In this document: positions 7,864 through 17,426 of the stretch, in pieces
Layout: the number at the start of each line of letters is the position of its first letter
How positions within the stretch are numbered: position 1 is the stretch's first letter
NCBI RefSeq assembly: GCF_947504145.1
Contig: NZ_CANNGQ010000001.1
Location: 1,112,737-1,176,736 of the forward strand
From: an uncultured Microbulbifer sp.
Lineage (GTDB): Bacteria > Pseudomonadota > Gammaproteobacteria > Pseudomonadales > Cellvibrionaceae
Reading direction: 5' to 3'
Length of the DNA stretch: 64,000 bases
Made by a program: the position numbers and the translations under genes
The notes under the pieces: generated by a model
What the model was told of the DNA's origin: nothing
The model's input: only the letters and a program-made list of their open reading frames with translations
The model's database searches: none

Positions 7864-8679
7864 TTACCTCACTACTAATGATTTCAATATTGATGAACCA
7901 TCTGAAAATAAATTATATCCTTGGTCAAATACTAGTAGCACATTAGAAGTAAAAATCAGCGGTAACACACAGCAGGGTGCCGTAAGAAAAACCACCACAA
8001 AAAACCGACCTAAACTATTATGATATGCAAGCCTCTTCTTTAAAACTGCGTATGCATCACCAATATCAACCTTCTTGTTTTCAATAATTTTTTGTAAAAA
8101 AATTTTATCTTGGCTCAAGAACGGTTTTTCAGACTCATAGAGTTTATTATTACGCTCCCTCGCATTAATGCTATTCAACGCCTCTCTAGCTTGGTCGCGA
8201 AGCCCAATAAGACTATTAACTTCTAATTTGAAATCCTGCAAGGTCTTATAAGCATATATTTGGGGAGACAACAGCTTAAACAAAATCACGAAAACCAAAA
8301 GAGAAAGACCGCACAACCAGTACCCGTAAAAGATAGGAGTTAAGTACCTCTCTAATTCTGTTAGCTTTGCCGCTCTCACGATCAATGGTGACAAGGTGAA
8401 AATCAGTATGAAAATTGATAGCTTTTGATTAAAAGCAAGTGATGACCACGTATTCCAGTTGTCGATCGGCCCTTTCCGGTCACTAATAATCGAAGATATT
8501 AAACCCAAAAAAAATCCAGCAAAAAAAGTCAGTACAAAAAATAGATGCCTGGGATCATAATTTATACCATCGGCTTTAAACATCAACAAAATAACCACTG
8601 GAAGAGAGATCGCCGTAAACAAAGATATTAATATTCGCTTGACGTAATTTTTAAAAATTTTCCCGGCCACAAAATTCAT
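7864..8679 (-). CDS. Hypothetical AT-rich membrane protein (about 5 TM segments)
   Basis: 271 aa ORF. Four N-terminal hydrophobic helices, a charged soluble region, then a C-terminal helix. Co-oriented downstream of thsB. Confidence 0.75.
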   Translation of the reverse strand: MNFVAGKIFKNYVKRILISLFTAISLPVVILLMFKADGINYDPRHLFFVLTFFAGFFLGLISSIISDRKGPIDNWNTWSSLAFNQKLSIFILIFTLSPLIVRAAKLTELERYLTPIFYGYWLCGLSLLVFVILFKLLSPQIYAYKTLQDFKLEVNSLIGLRDQAREALNSINARERNNKLYESEKPFLSQDKIFLQKIIENKKVDIGDAYAVLKKRLAYHNSLGRFFVVVFLTAPCCVLPLIFTSNVLLVFDQGYNLFSDGSSILKSLVVR

Positions 8680-9006
8680 TTAACCCCGCTAATTTACTCA
8701 AAACCACATGAATCAAGTTGGACTTCAAACATACTCCGAACCGAGCATTCCAACTAAAAAACCGTCTACATGCAAGTACGACTCCATAATCGACGCAAAC
8801 CTTTGTTCGCCCAGCACCGAAGGTGTATAGCCGATTAATTTATTAAACATTTTTCAACCTTGACTCAAGGAACGTGCCTAAAAACCAGACTGGCAATGTT
8901 GGCGAAAGCCATATAATTATTTCCATTAGTGCCTCTGATAATTTGACCCCCTTTATTAAAGAAATCCTTCAGGGCAAGCTAAAGCTTGCCCCTAGCAACT
9001 TATTAT

Positions 9007-9507
9007 TTATGCAACTTGGTATGAATTACGCACTGCTATCGCTTCTTCAATCCAATCTGCAATATTCTCACTTATATGACTATAAACGCCTTGGCTTGTA
9101 ATTTGCGGCGGATTTTTGAGCTTTACAATAGAAGACATTTTCTTTCCATTTATTGTGAAATCTTCAAACGGATTCCGCCCTTCCTTACCCTGCTCGCCAG
9201 ATGAATTTTTAAGTTTGTGTACCTGAATTCCTAGCACCCCCTTTCCAGATTCCCAGGCCTTTTTAATTTCATATTTAATCCATTTCCTTCCTGCCGTTTT
9301 TTCACCAACAAGAACGATCACACATGACTTTCCCAACATCTGGCCATCGATCCAATTTTGGATAGCCTTATCCCCTCCCTTTGTGACTTCTTCCCAGTCA
9401 TTATCGCTAGCAGGCTTATTTCCCTCTACCGAACCAATATTTCTGACAGTAGAAGCTCGCCAGTTATCATTAGAATAATGGAAACTATAAAATGCTTTTC
9501 TCGCCAT
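9007..9507 (-). CDS. thsB: Thoeris ThsB TIR-domain protein (DUF1863-like)
   Basis: RKAFYSFHY, DNWRA, IQNWIDGQM, VIVLVGEKTAGRKWIKYEI (catalytic Glu retained). Directly downstream of thsA. Confidence 0.9.
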   Translation of the reverse strand: MARKAFYSFHYSNDNWRASTVRNIGSVEGNKPASDNDWEEVTKGGDKAIQNWIDGQMLGKSCVIVLVGEKTAGRKWIKYEIKKAWESGKGVLGIQVHKLKNSSGEQGKEGRNPFEDFTINGKKMSSIVKLKNPPQITSQGVYSHISENIADWIEEAIAVRNSYQVA

Positions 9508-9518
9508 AAACCTTCTCC

Positions 9519-10964
9519 TTATTTTGTGAGTTCACCAATAAATTCAACTAAATCCTGAATTTTCGAATCTAACGATGTATTTTCATCGGATAACTTCTCC
9601 AAATATGAGCGGGCCCTACTATGGCCAGGAAAATACTTATCAACCGATGGAATTATTCTTTCAAAAATCTCCTTCGCTGCATAGTGCGTTGAAGCAACTG
9701 GAATACACAAGTTTCCAAAAGAATGAGAAATTTCAAACTCTCGAATCACGCCACCAGCAGTAACCACCTCACCATCCGCCTCTTTGTTACCAAAAAGAAA
9801 TATCGAAATCCCTGAAAGGGAAATCATCTTATGCCGGTATTCATCCCAAAGATCAGATAACTCTTTATTTCCAGATTTAAACTGAGGAAATGGCCTTAAA
9901 ATTAACTGCGAATCAGAATACCTTAACGGTTTGTCGTATATAGCTTCCAGAGCGCCATTAATAACTGAACTACCAACTCCCCAGCCAAACCCATTAACAA
10001 TTCGATAATTATTTTCAATTAATGCTCTAGATAGCTTGTGTATAAACTCGACTGCATTCAGCCTTTCAATTGGCGCATAGACTTCTGCACTCCCCGATAT
10101 GAAAATCGTTCTCTTTTTAAACCGGGACTCAATCTCACATAGAATTTCCGCTATTTCGCCATACTCATTTATTAGCAGAGTTTTTATACCATATCTTTTG
10201 AGGTCATTTATTATCAACACCTGCTTTCTACAACTGTAATCATAAGTCGCCTGATCGGGGTTGTCGGCATCTCCAAGTTTAGGTCGCTTTGAAATACAAT
10301 AATGCTGCTTTTTATTACCAGAAAATCTAAAATTCAGGCGGCTCAACACATAATCAAGATTCGGATCTGTAAAGCTAAAACCCAGAAAAAGAAAGGTCTT
10401 TGTGGTTAGCTCGCCAGTAAGGGCATTAATAAATGGTTCATGAGTCTGGTGATACTGTTCATACTGTTCTTTTGTAATTATCGCATCATGGGGGCACGAG
10501 ACATCACCATGCATTTTAAAAATTACGACATCCCTTTTGGGCCTATTATTTAATAGTTGTTTAACATTGTGCTTTACATCAGAAACTTTGCCCTCTGCTA
10601 GAAACGCCTTTTCAATAAGCTCATCATAATTCGTAGTCCATATAGAGCTAATAGGCAACCTAGCAAGGATTCGATGATTTTCAGTTTCTTCGGTTTCCTC
10701 AACAAACTCCTCTAAAATCTTGCGGCTTACTTTGGATCGTGTCCGATTTTCATTTACATGGAACTGCGCCAATGACACCAAGTCAGATTCCTGCTCGACA
10801 TCCAATCCTAAGTCATAAGCAATTTCGCTCATCAATTCTTGCCAATTTACAAAACCAGCTGGAATTGAAAGACCGGCCCCAGCAAAAATTGCAGCGGTAC
10901 CTTCATTTAAGTCTTTCACGTAGTCCCGAATAAATATCTCAATCTCTCTATCAAATTCCATCAA
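9519..10964 (-). CDS. thsA: Thoeris ThsA (SIR2 NADase + SLOG/STALD), type I
   Basis: SIR2 motifs IFAGAGLS, WTTNYD, KMHG, FLGFSFTDP. SLOG-like C-domain ISGS, GFGWGVG, RPFPQ, FGNK, GVIREF. Confidence 0.9.
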   Translation of the reverse strand: MMEFDREIEIFIRDYVKDLNEGTAAIFAGAGLSIPAGFVNWQELMSEIAYDLGLDVEQESDLVSLAQFHVNENRTRSKVSRKILEEFVEETEETENHRILARLPISSIWTTNYDELIEKAFLAEGKVSDVKHNVKQLLNNRPKRDVVIFKMHGDVSCPHDAIITKEQYEQYHQTHEPFINALTGELTTKTFLFLGFSFTDPNLDYVLSRLNFRFSGNKKQHYCISKRPKLGDADNPDQATYDYSCRKQVLIINDLKRYGIKTLLINEYGEIAEILCEIESRFKKRTIFISGSAEVYAPIERLNAVEFIHKLSRALIENNYRIVNGFGWGVGSSVINGALEAIYDKPLRYSDSQLILRPFPQFKSGNKELSDLWDEYRHKMISLSGISIFLFGNKEADGEVVTAGGVIREFEISHSFGNLCIPVASTHYAAKEIFERIIPSVDKYFPGHSRARSYLEKLSDENTSLDSKIQDLVEFIGELTK

Positions 10965-11165
10965 TGCAATTCCGTCATCAAACTAAAAAACGGGGTTCAA
11001 ATAGACCGTCTTAAACACGTTCTCGATCTTCTTCTTATCCGTCACACTCTAATCTTTCCCTTTCGGCGACAACGAACAGCTATGCTGGCGTCGACAATAT
11101 AGATTCTAATTTATTCAAAAAAATTGGGACATACCACCATTTAACATCTCGTGCAGCCAATCAAG

Positions 11166-13061
11166 TTACCGTTTCACAATTGATCCAGCCGTATTGTTAC
11201 CGAGAGAAACTAGCATTTCGCTCAGCTGATTTTTTCGGTGGTGGCTCACCAACAATTGTTCCTGCGCGCGTGTCAAACCAACATACATACGGCGCACATC
11301 ACCAGCCAAATCAACATCAACATCTTCCTGGTAGCCAGATTGATAACTGGCATCGAGAATAATCACCGTATCGAACTCCAAGCCTTTACTACTCGGAATC
11401 GGCATAATGCTGACACTTTCAGAATTTGGGTCATAACGTTTTTTAAACTCACTGGAAGCGAGCCACGCGCAGGGAATTCGTTCTTTTTTCAACGCAGCAG
11501 CCATAAACTTCCCAGCACTTCCTCCCGGGTACAGCACGGCCATATCTTTCCATGCCTTTCCTTTGCTATTCCAGGCCTTCAGACAGCGCACTGCATACTC
11601 AACTTCCTGAACTAGGGTTTCAACGCACTTTACATAGGGTTCAGCACCGCTCTTACCCGCAGCCTCTGGCTCAACGAGAGGGATTTCGGAATCAGGATTT
11701 TGAGAAAAGTAGTCCTTGGAAAATTGATACGCGAAGGCAAGGATTTCTCGTGTATTACGGTAATTCAATCGAAGTATCGTGGTCCGCCCCTGGGCCTTGA
11801 TCCCCACGCTCGACAAGCTAAACCCGAGACTTGATTTTCGTTTGTAAATAGACTGTGCATCGTCGTACAGCAGAAGAAGTGAATCCGTCTCGGGGTCAAC
11901 CATTTGAGAAATCAATGTTAACCACTCGGCTTCAAAATCATGCCCTTCATCGATCAGCACGGCTCCGTACTGCCCTTTGGGGATACGCCCCTTCTCAACG
12001 GCATCAATTACGGAAAACACTTGACGCTCCCAAACCGGAACATCCATATCGATCAGATCAACGTGGTAAGTTCGCAGCTGCTCGCCACACCAATCGTGAA
12101 AGTGATAAACCTGAACTTTATCGTTTATCCCCTTTTCAGTGATAAAACTACGCAAGCGAGCAGCCAAGGTAATGTTGAAACAAAGTACCAATATAGGCTT
12201 ATTTAACGCATCGGCCAGATAGAGACATCTATACCCCAAAATCAATGTTTTGCCCGAACCGGCTACACCGTGAACAACGCGATGGCCATCCCCCAAACTG
12301 CGGGCCAGTTGCTCTTGCTGGATATCCATGATTTTTACAATGTCTGGCATGCTTTCGGCCAATGACGCCGTAGGCATATCTTCACCGCATTCCTCTGTAC
12401 CAAATAAATCATCCTGGGCCGTCGCAATACGGATCTCAGGAAATAAATGCCAGCGAATTCGATCTATCTGAGGCAGCGTCAGTTTATTGCCAAATTGATA
12501 GTTGAACATTCCCCATAGCCGTTCCTGAAATTCCTCAGGCGTAACGCTATCGGACATTTCATCCTGGCAGATCAACAGATGCCCTGGCAGCAACTTGTGG
12601 CGAAATTCTTCTGGTATGCCTTTATCAATTTGATTGCGCGTGATATTGGAAAATACCGCACCATACCCGTAGGGAAAACACAATTTGCCCTTGTACTTTC
12701 CCAATTGCTGCTTTAACTGGGGGTCGCGCTCAAGCACCTGTAAAACCTGATAGCTGCACTGCCTGGCCTGCTCAATCGGGTTACTTACCGTTTTGCGACC
12801 GCTGGAGGTTTCAAGATCAACTTCAGCATGGCTTACACGTTTGATACTGGATGCCTTCCAGTCTTTAACCTCTAAAAAAAGAATACCTCTTGCGGGATGC
12901 AGAATTATGAAATCCGGGTAGCGACGCTTTCCACCCAAGGGAATATCAAACCAACAGAGGTAATCAACTTCCAGCAATGCTTCCAAGCGCCGGGCAAAGC
13001 GCTTCTCGCCGGAGGTCATTTTGGAAAGGCAGGAACTGAGGGATGGGATTAATTTCGCCAT
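11166..13061 (-). CDS. NERD nuclease domain fused to UvrD-like SF1 helicase
   Basis: N-terminal PDFIILHPARGILFLEVKDW (PD-(D/E)xK). Walker A GVAGSGKT, Walker B IDEGHD, NYRNT, SKGLEFD, YVGLTRA. Confidence 0.88.
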   Translation of the reverse strand: MAKLIPSLSSCLSKMTSGEKRFARRLEALLEVDYLCWFDIPLGGKRRYPDFIILHPARGILFLEVKDWKASSIKRVSHAEVDLETSSGRKTVSNPIEQARQCSYQVLQVLERDPQLKQQLGKYKGKLCFPYGYGAVFSNITRNQIDKGIPEEFRHKLLPGHLLICQDEMSDSVTPEEFQERLWGMFNYQFGNKLTLPQIDRIRWHLFPEIRIATAQDDLFGTEECGEDMPTASLAESMPDIVKIMDIQQEQLARSLGDGHRVVHGVAGSGKTLILGYRCLYLADALNKPILVLCFNITLAARLRSFITEKGINDKVQVYHFHDWCGEQLRTYHVDLIDMDVPVWERQVFSVIDAVEKGRIPKGQYGAVLIDEGHDFEAEWLTLISQMVDPETDSLLLLYDDAQSIYKRKSSLGFSLSSVGIKAQGRTTILRLNYRNTREILAFAYQFSKDYFSQNPDSEIPLVEPEAAGKSGAEPYVKCVETLVQEVEYAVRCLKAWNSKGKAWKDMAVLYPGGSAGKFMAAALKKERIPCAWLASSEFKKRYDPNSESVSIMPIPSSKGLEFDTVIILDASYQSGYQEDVDVDLAGDVRRMYVGLTRAQEQLLVSHHRKNQLSEMLVSLGNNTAGSIVKR

Positions 13062-13398
13062 AACGCCCTCTGCGCATAGTGCGTTAGCGCTGCAGGCAGG
13101 CGATCTTCCTTGATTGATATTTTCATATCCAACTCGATTACAGTGTGCTGCGGCGTATCAGCACCGGCAATTGATTGCCACAAAGGACGGAGACTTCTAC
13201 CCATATGCCGCGGACTTATCACCTTTAGGCAGATGTTTCTGATATGTCCGTCATATTTTTCTGGGTTCGATAGTATTTGAATTCTGTTTTAAGTCAATGA
13301 GTTAGGTACTGTCCACTGAATTCGCGCTTAAGTAACACTGTTATCGTGGATTCAATATGCAATTCGACTAAATGTTAATCAGCGACTAGCGCATATAA

Positions 13399-13430
13399 AA
13401 AAAGCGAGCTTCTCGCGAGGCTCGCTTTTT
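13399..13430. terminator. Bidirectional Rho-independent terminator downstream of prpF
   Basis: AAAAAGCGAGC-loop-GCTCGCTTTTT. Confidence 0.8.
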
Positions 13431-13483
13431 GGGCTTTTGAAAATTCGCCAATTCAATTCCGACCGCTAATATCGGCGTCCAAA

Positions 13484-14653
13484 CTAAAAGCGGTCACCGG
13501 GCACCCGCACCCACCCTTCCATCAGAATCCGCGCACTGCGGCTCATGATGGCCTTGGTTGCAGTCCACTCACCGTTGGCAATCTCCGCTTCCGCACCAAC
13601 CCGCAAGGTGCCGGACGGATGGCCAAAGTTCACCACACTGCGCTCCCCTCCCCCGGCAGCCAGATTGACCAGGGTGCCGGGGATGGCAGCGGCGGTGCCG
13701 ATGGCCACCGCAGCGGTGCCCATCATGGCGTGGTGCAGTTTGCCCATGGACAGCGCGCGCACCAGCAGGTCGATATCACCCGCGTCCACTTGCTTGCCGC
13801 TGGAGGCCGTATAACTCTTGGGTTCTGCGACAAACGCGACCTTGGGGGTATGCTGGCGAGCGGCTGCCTCTTCCACCGTTGCGATCAGGCCCATCTTCAC
13901 CGCGCCGTGGGCGCGGATGTTTTCGAACATGGCCAGAGCCTTGTCGTCACCATTGATGGCTTCCTGCAGTTCGGTGCCGGTGTAACCGATATCCGCAGCG
14001 TTGACGAAGATGGTCGGGATGCCGGCGTTGATCATGGTGGCCTTTAGCGTACCGACGCCCGGCACTTCCAGGTCGTCCACCAGGTTGCCGGTGGGGAACA
14101 TGGCCCCTTCGCCATCCGCCGGGTCCATGAATTCGATCTGCACTTCGGCCGCCGGGAAGGTAACGCCGTCCAGTTCGAAATCACCGGTTTCCTGCACTTC
14201 CCCATTGGTGATGGGTACGTGGGCGATGATGGTTTTCTTGATGTTGGCCTGCCAGATACGCACGGTGCAGATGCCACGCGCCGCATCCACAAAACCGCTG
14301 TTGATGGCGAAGGCACCGACGGCAGCGGTGAGGTTGCCGCAGTTGCCGGACCAGTCCACGAACGGCTTGTCGATGGAGACCTGACCGAACAGGTAATCCA
14401 CGTCGTGCTCCGGCTGCTCGCTCTTGGACAGGATGACGGTTTTGCTGGTGCTGGACGTGGCTCCGCCCATGCCGTCGGTCTGCTTGCCGTAGGGATCGGG
14501 GCTGCCGATCACCCGCAGCAGCAGGTTGTCGCGCGCGGCGCCCGGAACCTGTGCGGATTCCGGGAGGTCCTGCAGGCGGAAGAACACGCCCTTGCTGGTG
14601 CCGCCACGCATGTAGGTGGCGGGCACTTTGATTTGTGGGGCAAAAGCGGTCAT
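13484..14653 (-). CDS. prpF: 2-methylaconitate cis-trans isomerase
   Basis: YMRGGTSKG, GGATSSTSK, GNCGN, HHAMMGT. Overlaps the acnD stop. Confidence 0.96.
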   Translation of the reverse strand: MTAFAPQIKVPATYMRGGTSKGVFFRLQDLPESAQVPGAARDNLLLRVIGSPDPYGKQTDGMGGATSSTSKTVILSKSEQPEHDVDYLFGQVSIDKPFVDWSGNCGNLTAAVGAFAINSGFVDAARGICTVRIWQANIKKTIIAHVPITNGEVQETGDFELDGVTFPAAEVQIEFMDPADGEGAMFPTGNLVDDLEVPGVGTLKATMINAGIPTIFVNAADIGYTGTELQEAINGDDKALAMFENIRAHGAVKMGLIATVEEAAARQHTPKVAFVAEPKSYTASSGKQVDAGDIDLLVRALSMGKLHHAMMGTAAVAIGTAAAIPGTLVNLAAGGGERSVVNFGHPSGTLRVGAEAEIANGEWTATKAIMSRSARILMEGWVRVPGDRF

Positions 14654-17250
14654 TGCGCGGCACCTTCGGCTTCGAGGAAGTCATTGGCGAAGCGCTGCAG
14701 TACACCGCCGGCGTCGTAGATAGAGACTTCTTCGGCGGTATCCAGGCGGCATTTCACCGGTACTTCTACTGTCTCACCGTCTTTGCGGTGAATCAGTAGG
14801 GTCAGGGTTGCGCCCGGGGTGCGGTCGCCGAGTACGTCGAAGGTTTCGGTACCGCCGATGCCCAGGGTCTCGCGGGTAGTGCCCGGCTGGAATTCCAGCG
14901 GCAGCACGCCCATGCCGATCAGGTTGGTGCGGTGAATGCGTTCGAAGCCTTCCGCCACAATCGCTTCCACACCAGCGAGGCGCACACCTTTGGCGGCCCA
15001 GTCGCGGGAGGAGCCCTGGCCGTAGTCGGCGCCGGCAATAATGATCAGCGGCTGCTTGCGGTCCATGTAGGTTTCGATGGCTTCCCACATGCGGGTGACC
15101 TTGCCTTCCGGCTCCACGCGGGCAAGAGAGCCCTGTTTCACTGCACCGTTGTCCTCACGCACCATTTCATTCAACAGTTTCGGGTTGGCGAAGGTGGCGC
15201 GCTGGGCGGTGAGGTGATCGCCGCGGTGCGTCGCGTAAGAGTTGAAGTCCTCTTCCGGCAGGCCCATTTTCGCCAGGTATTCACCGGCGGCACTGCTGGC
15301 CAGGATGGCGTTGGACGGCGACAGGTGGTCGGTGGTGATGTTGTCACCCAGCACCGCCAGCGGGCGCATGCCTTTCAGAGCGCGCTCACCTGCGAGTGCG
15401 CCTTCCCAGTACGGTGGGCGGCGGATGTAGGTGCTCTGCGGGCGCCAGTGGTACAGCGGCTCGCCCTTCTCTGCTTCCGCTTTATTGAGGTCAAACATCG
15501 GGATGTAGACCTCGCGGAACTGCTCGGGCTTCACGCTCTGTTTGACGATCGCGTCGATCTCTTCGTCGCTCGGCCAGATATCTTTCAGGGTCACCGGGTT
15601 GCCGTCTTTGTCGTGGCCCAGTACATCTTTTTCGATATCGAAGCGGATGGTGCCGGCGATGGCGTAGGCCACTACCAAGGGCGGCGAGGCCAGGAAGGCC
15701 TGCTTGGCGTACGGGTGGATACGGCCGTCGAAGTTGCGGTTGCCGGATAGTACGGCGGTGGCGTACAGGTCGCGGTCGATCACTTCTTTCTGGATCTTCG
15801 GGTCCAGTGCGCCGCTCATACCGTTACAGGTGGTGCAGGCAAAGGCGACCACGTCGAAGCCCTGTTGCTGCAGTTCCGGCAACAGGTTGGCTTCTTCCAG
15901 GTACATTTTTACGGTCTTGGAGCCCGGTGCCAGGGAGGTTTTCACCCAGGGCTTGCGGGTCAGGCCGAGCTTATTGGCGTTGCGCGCAATCAGGCCCGCG
16001 GCAATCATGTTGCGCGGGTTGCTGGTGTTGGTGCAGCTGGTGATCGCAGCGATGATTACCGCACCGTCCGGCATCTCGCCTTCTTTTTCTTCCCACTCTT
16101 TGGCGATGCCACGGTTACCCAATTCGGATACCGGCAGCAGTGCGTGCGGGTTGGATGGGCCGGCGAGGTTGCGGCCTACAGAAGAGAGGTCGAACTTGAG
16201 TACGCGCTCGTACTCGGCATTCTTCAGGCTGTCTGCCCACAGGCCGGTTTCTTTCGCGAACTTTTCAACCAAAGCTACCTGCTCGTCGTCGCGGCCGGTG
16301 AGTTTCAGGTAGTCGATGGTCTGCTCGTCGATGGCGAACATGCCTGCGGTGGCACCGTATTCGGGCGTCATGTTGGCGATGGTGGCGCGGTCGCCCAGGC
16401 TCAGGCTGGAGGCACCTTCACCGAAGAATTCGAGATACGCGCCCACTACGCGCTCGCGACGCAGGAATTCGGTCAGGGCCAGTACCATGTCGGTGCCGGT
16501 GATGCCGGGCTGCAATTTGCCGGTCAATTCGACGCCGACGATGTCGGGCAGGCGCATGTAGGAGGCGCGGCCGAGCATGACGCTTTCGGCTTCAAGACCA
16601 CCCACGCCCACGGAGATTACGCCGAGCGCATCCACCATCGGGGTGTGGCTGTCGGTGCCGACGCAGGTATCTGGAAAGGCGACGCCGTCTTTTTGCTGCA
16701 CCACCGGAGACATTTTCTCCAGGTTGATCTGGTGCATGATGCCGTTGCCGGGCGGGATGACGTCGACGTTTTCAAACGCGGTTTTGGTCCAGTTGATGAA
16801 GTGGAAGCGGTCTTCGTTGCGGCGCTCTTCCACGGCGCGGTTCTTTTCGAAGGCATCTTTTTCAAAACCGGGGTGTTCGACGGCCAGGGAGTGGTCGACG
16901 ATCAGCTGGGTGGGTACCACCGGGTTTACTTTGGCGGGGTCACCACCCTTTTCGGCGATGGCGTCGCGCAGGCCGGCGAGGTCCACCAGTGCGGTCTGGC
17001 CGAGAATATCGTGGCAGACGACGCGCGCAGGGAACCAGGGGAAGTCGAGGTCGCGCTTGCGCTCGATGATTTGTTTCAGGGCTGCGGTGAGGTCTTCGGG
17101 TTCGCAGCGGCGTACGAGGTTCTCCGCGAGGATGCGGGAGGTGTACGGGAGTTTTTCGTAGCTGCCCGGCTGGATTTTTTCGACGGCTTCGCGGGTGTCG
17201 AAATAATCGAGGTCTGTGCCGGGGAGTTTTTTGCGGAATTCGGTGTTCAT
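14650..17250 (-). CDS. acnD: Fe/S-dependent 2-methylisocitrate dehydratase
   Basis: Aconitase motifs ARVVCHDILG, DSHT, SCTNTSN, ACTTCNG, TTDHLSP. Lies between prpC and prpF. Confidence 0.96.
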   Translation of the reverse strand: MNTEFRKKLPGTDLDYFDTREAVEKIQPGSYEKLPYTSRILAENLVRRCEPEDLTAALKQIIERKRDLDFPWFPARVVCHDILGQTALVDLAGLRDAIAEKGGDPAKVNPVVPTQLIVDHSLAVEHPGFEKDAFEKNRAVEERRNEDRFHFINWTKTAFENVDVIPPGNGIMHQINLEKMSPVVQQKDGVAFPDTCVGTDSHTPMVDALGVISVGVGGLEAESVMLGRASYMRLPDIVGVELTGKLQPGITGTDMVLALTEFLRRERVVGAYLEFFGEGASSLSLGDRATIANMTPEYGATAGMFAIDEQTIDYLKLTGRDDEQVALVEKFAKETGLWADSLKNAEYERVLKFDLSSVGRNLAGPSNPHALLPVSELGNRGIAKEWEEKEGEMPDGAVIIAAITSCTNTSNPRNMIAAGLIARNANKLGLTRKPWVKTSLAPGSKTVKMYLEEANLLPELQQQGFDVVAFACTTCNGMSGALDPKIQKEVIDRDLYATAVLSGNRNFDGRIHPYAKQAFLASPPLVVAYAIAGTIRFDIEKDVLGHDKDGNPVTLKDIWPSDEEIDAIVKQSVKPEQFREVYIPMFDLNKAEAEKGEPLYHWRPQSTYIRRPPYWEGALAGERALKGMRPLAVLGDNITTDHLSPSNAILASSAAGEYLAKMGLPEEDFNSYATHRGDHLTAQRATFANPKLLNEMVREDNGAVKQGSLARVEPEGKVTRMWEAIETYMDRKQPLIIIAGADYGQGSSRDWAAKGVRLAGVEAIVAEGFERIHRTNLIGMGVLPLEFQPGTTRETLGIGGTETFDVLGDRTPGATLTLLIHRKDGETVEVPVKCRLDTAEEVSIYDAGGVLQRFANDFLEAEGAAQ

Positions 17251-17281
17251 CGTTTTTCACCCAGTCGGGTCGTTGTGTGGC

Positions 17282-17395
17282 GGCACTGCTGGCGGGTAGC
17301 CCGTTGCTGGACACGCCGTATACCCATCCATGGGGGCTTGGCTGCGAGATCCCTCTCGCAGACAGTCCAGCAAAGGGCTACCCGTCATCAGCGCC
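17282..17395. repeat. REP/MITE-like palindromic element between prpC and acnD
   Basis: 31-bp inverted arms (17282-17312 and 17365-17395, 27/31 matching) enclose the core GGACACGCCGTATACCCATCCATGGGGGCTT and an inner hairpin CTGCGAGA-TCCC-TCTCGCAG. Confidence 0.7.
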
Positions 17396-17426
17396 TTCGC
17401 ATCAATCTATGCAGCTCCGATCAAAC

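Noticed and set aside
7408-13214. 10-bp ATGCCGCGGA as a definitive target-site duplication
   Set aside because: A 10-mer match between a few hundred bases at each edge can occur by chance. It is kept only as weak supporting evidence.
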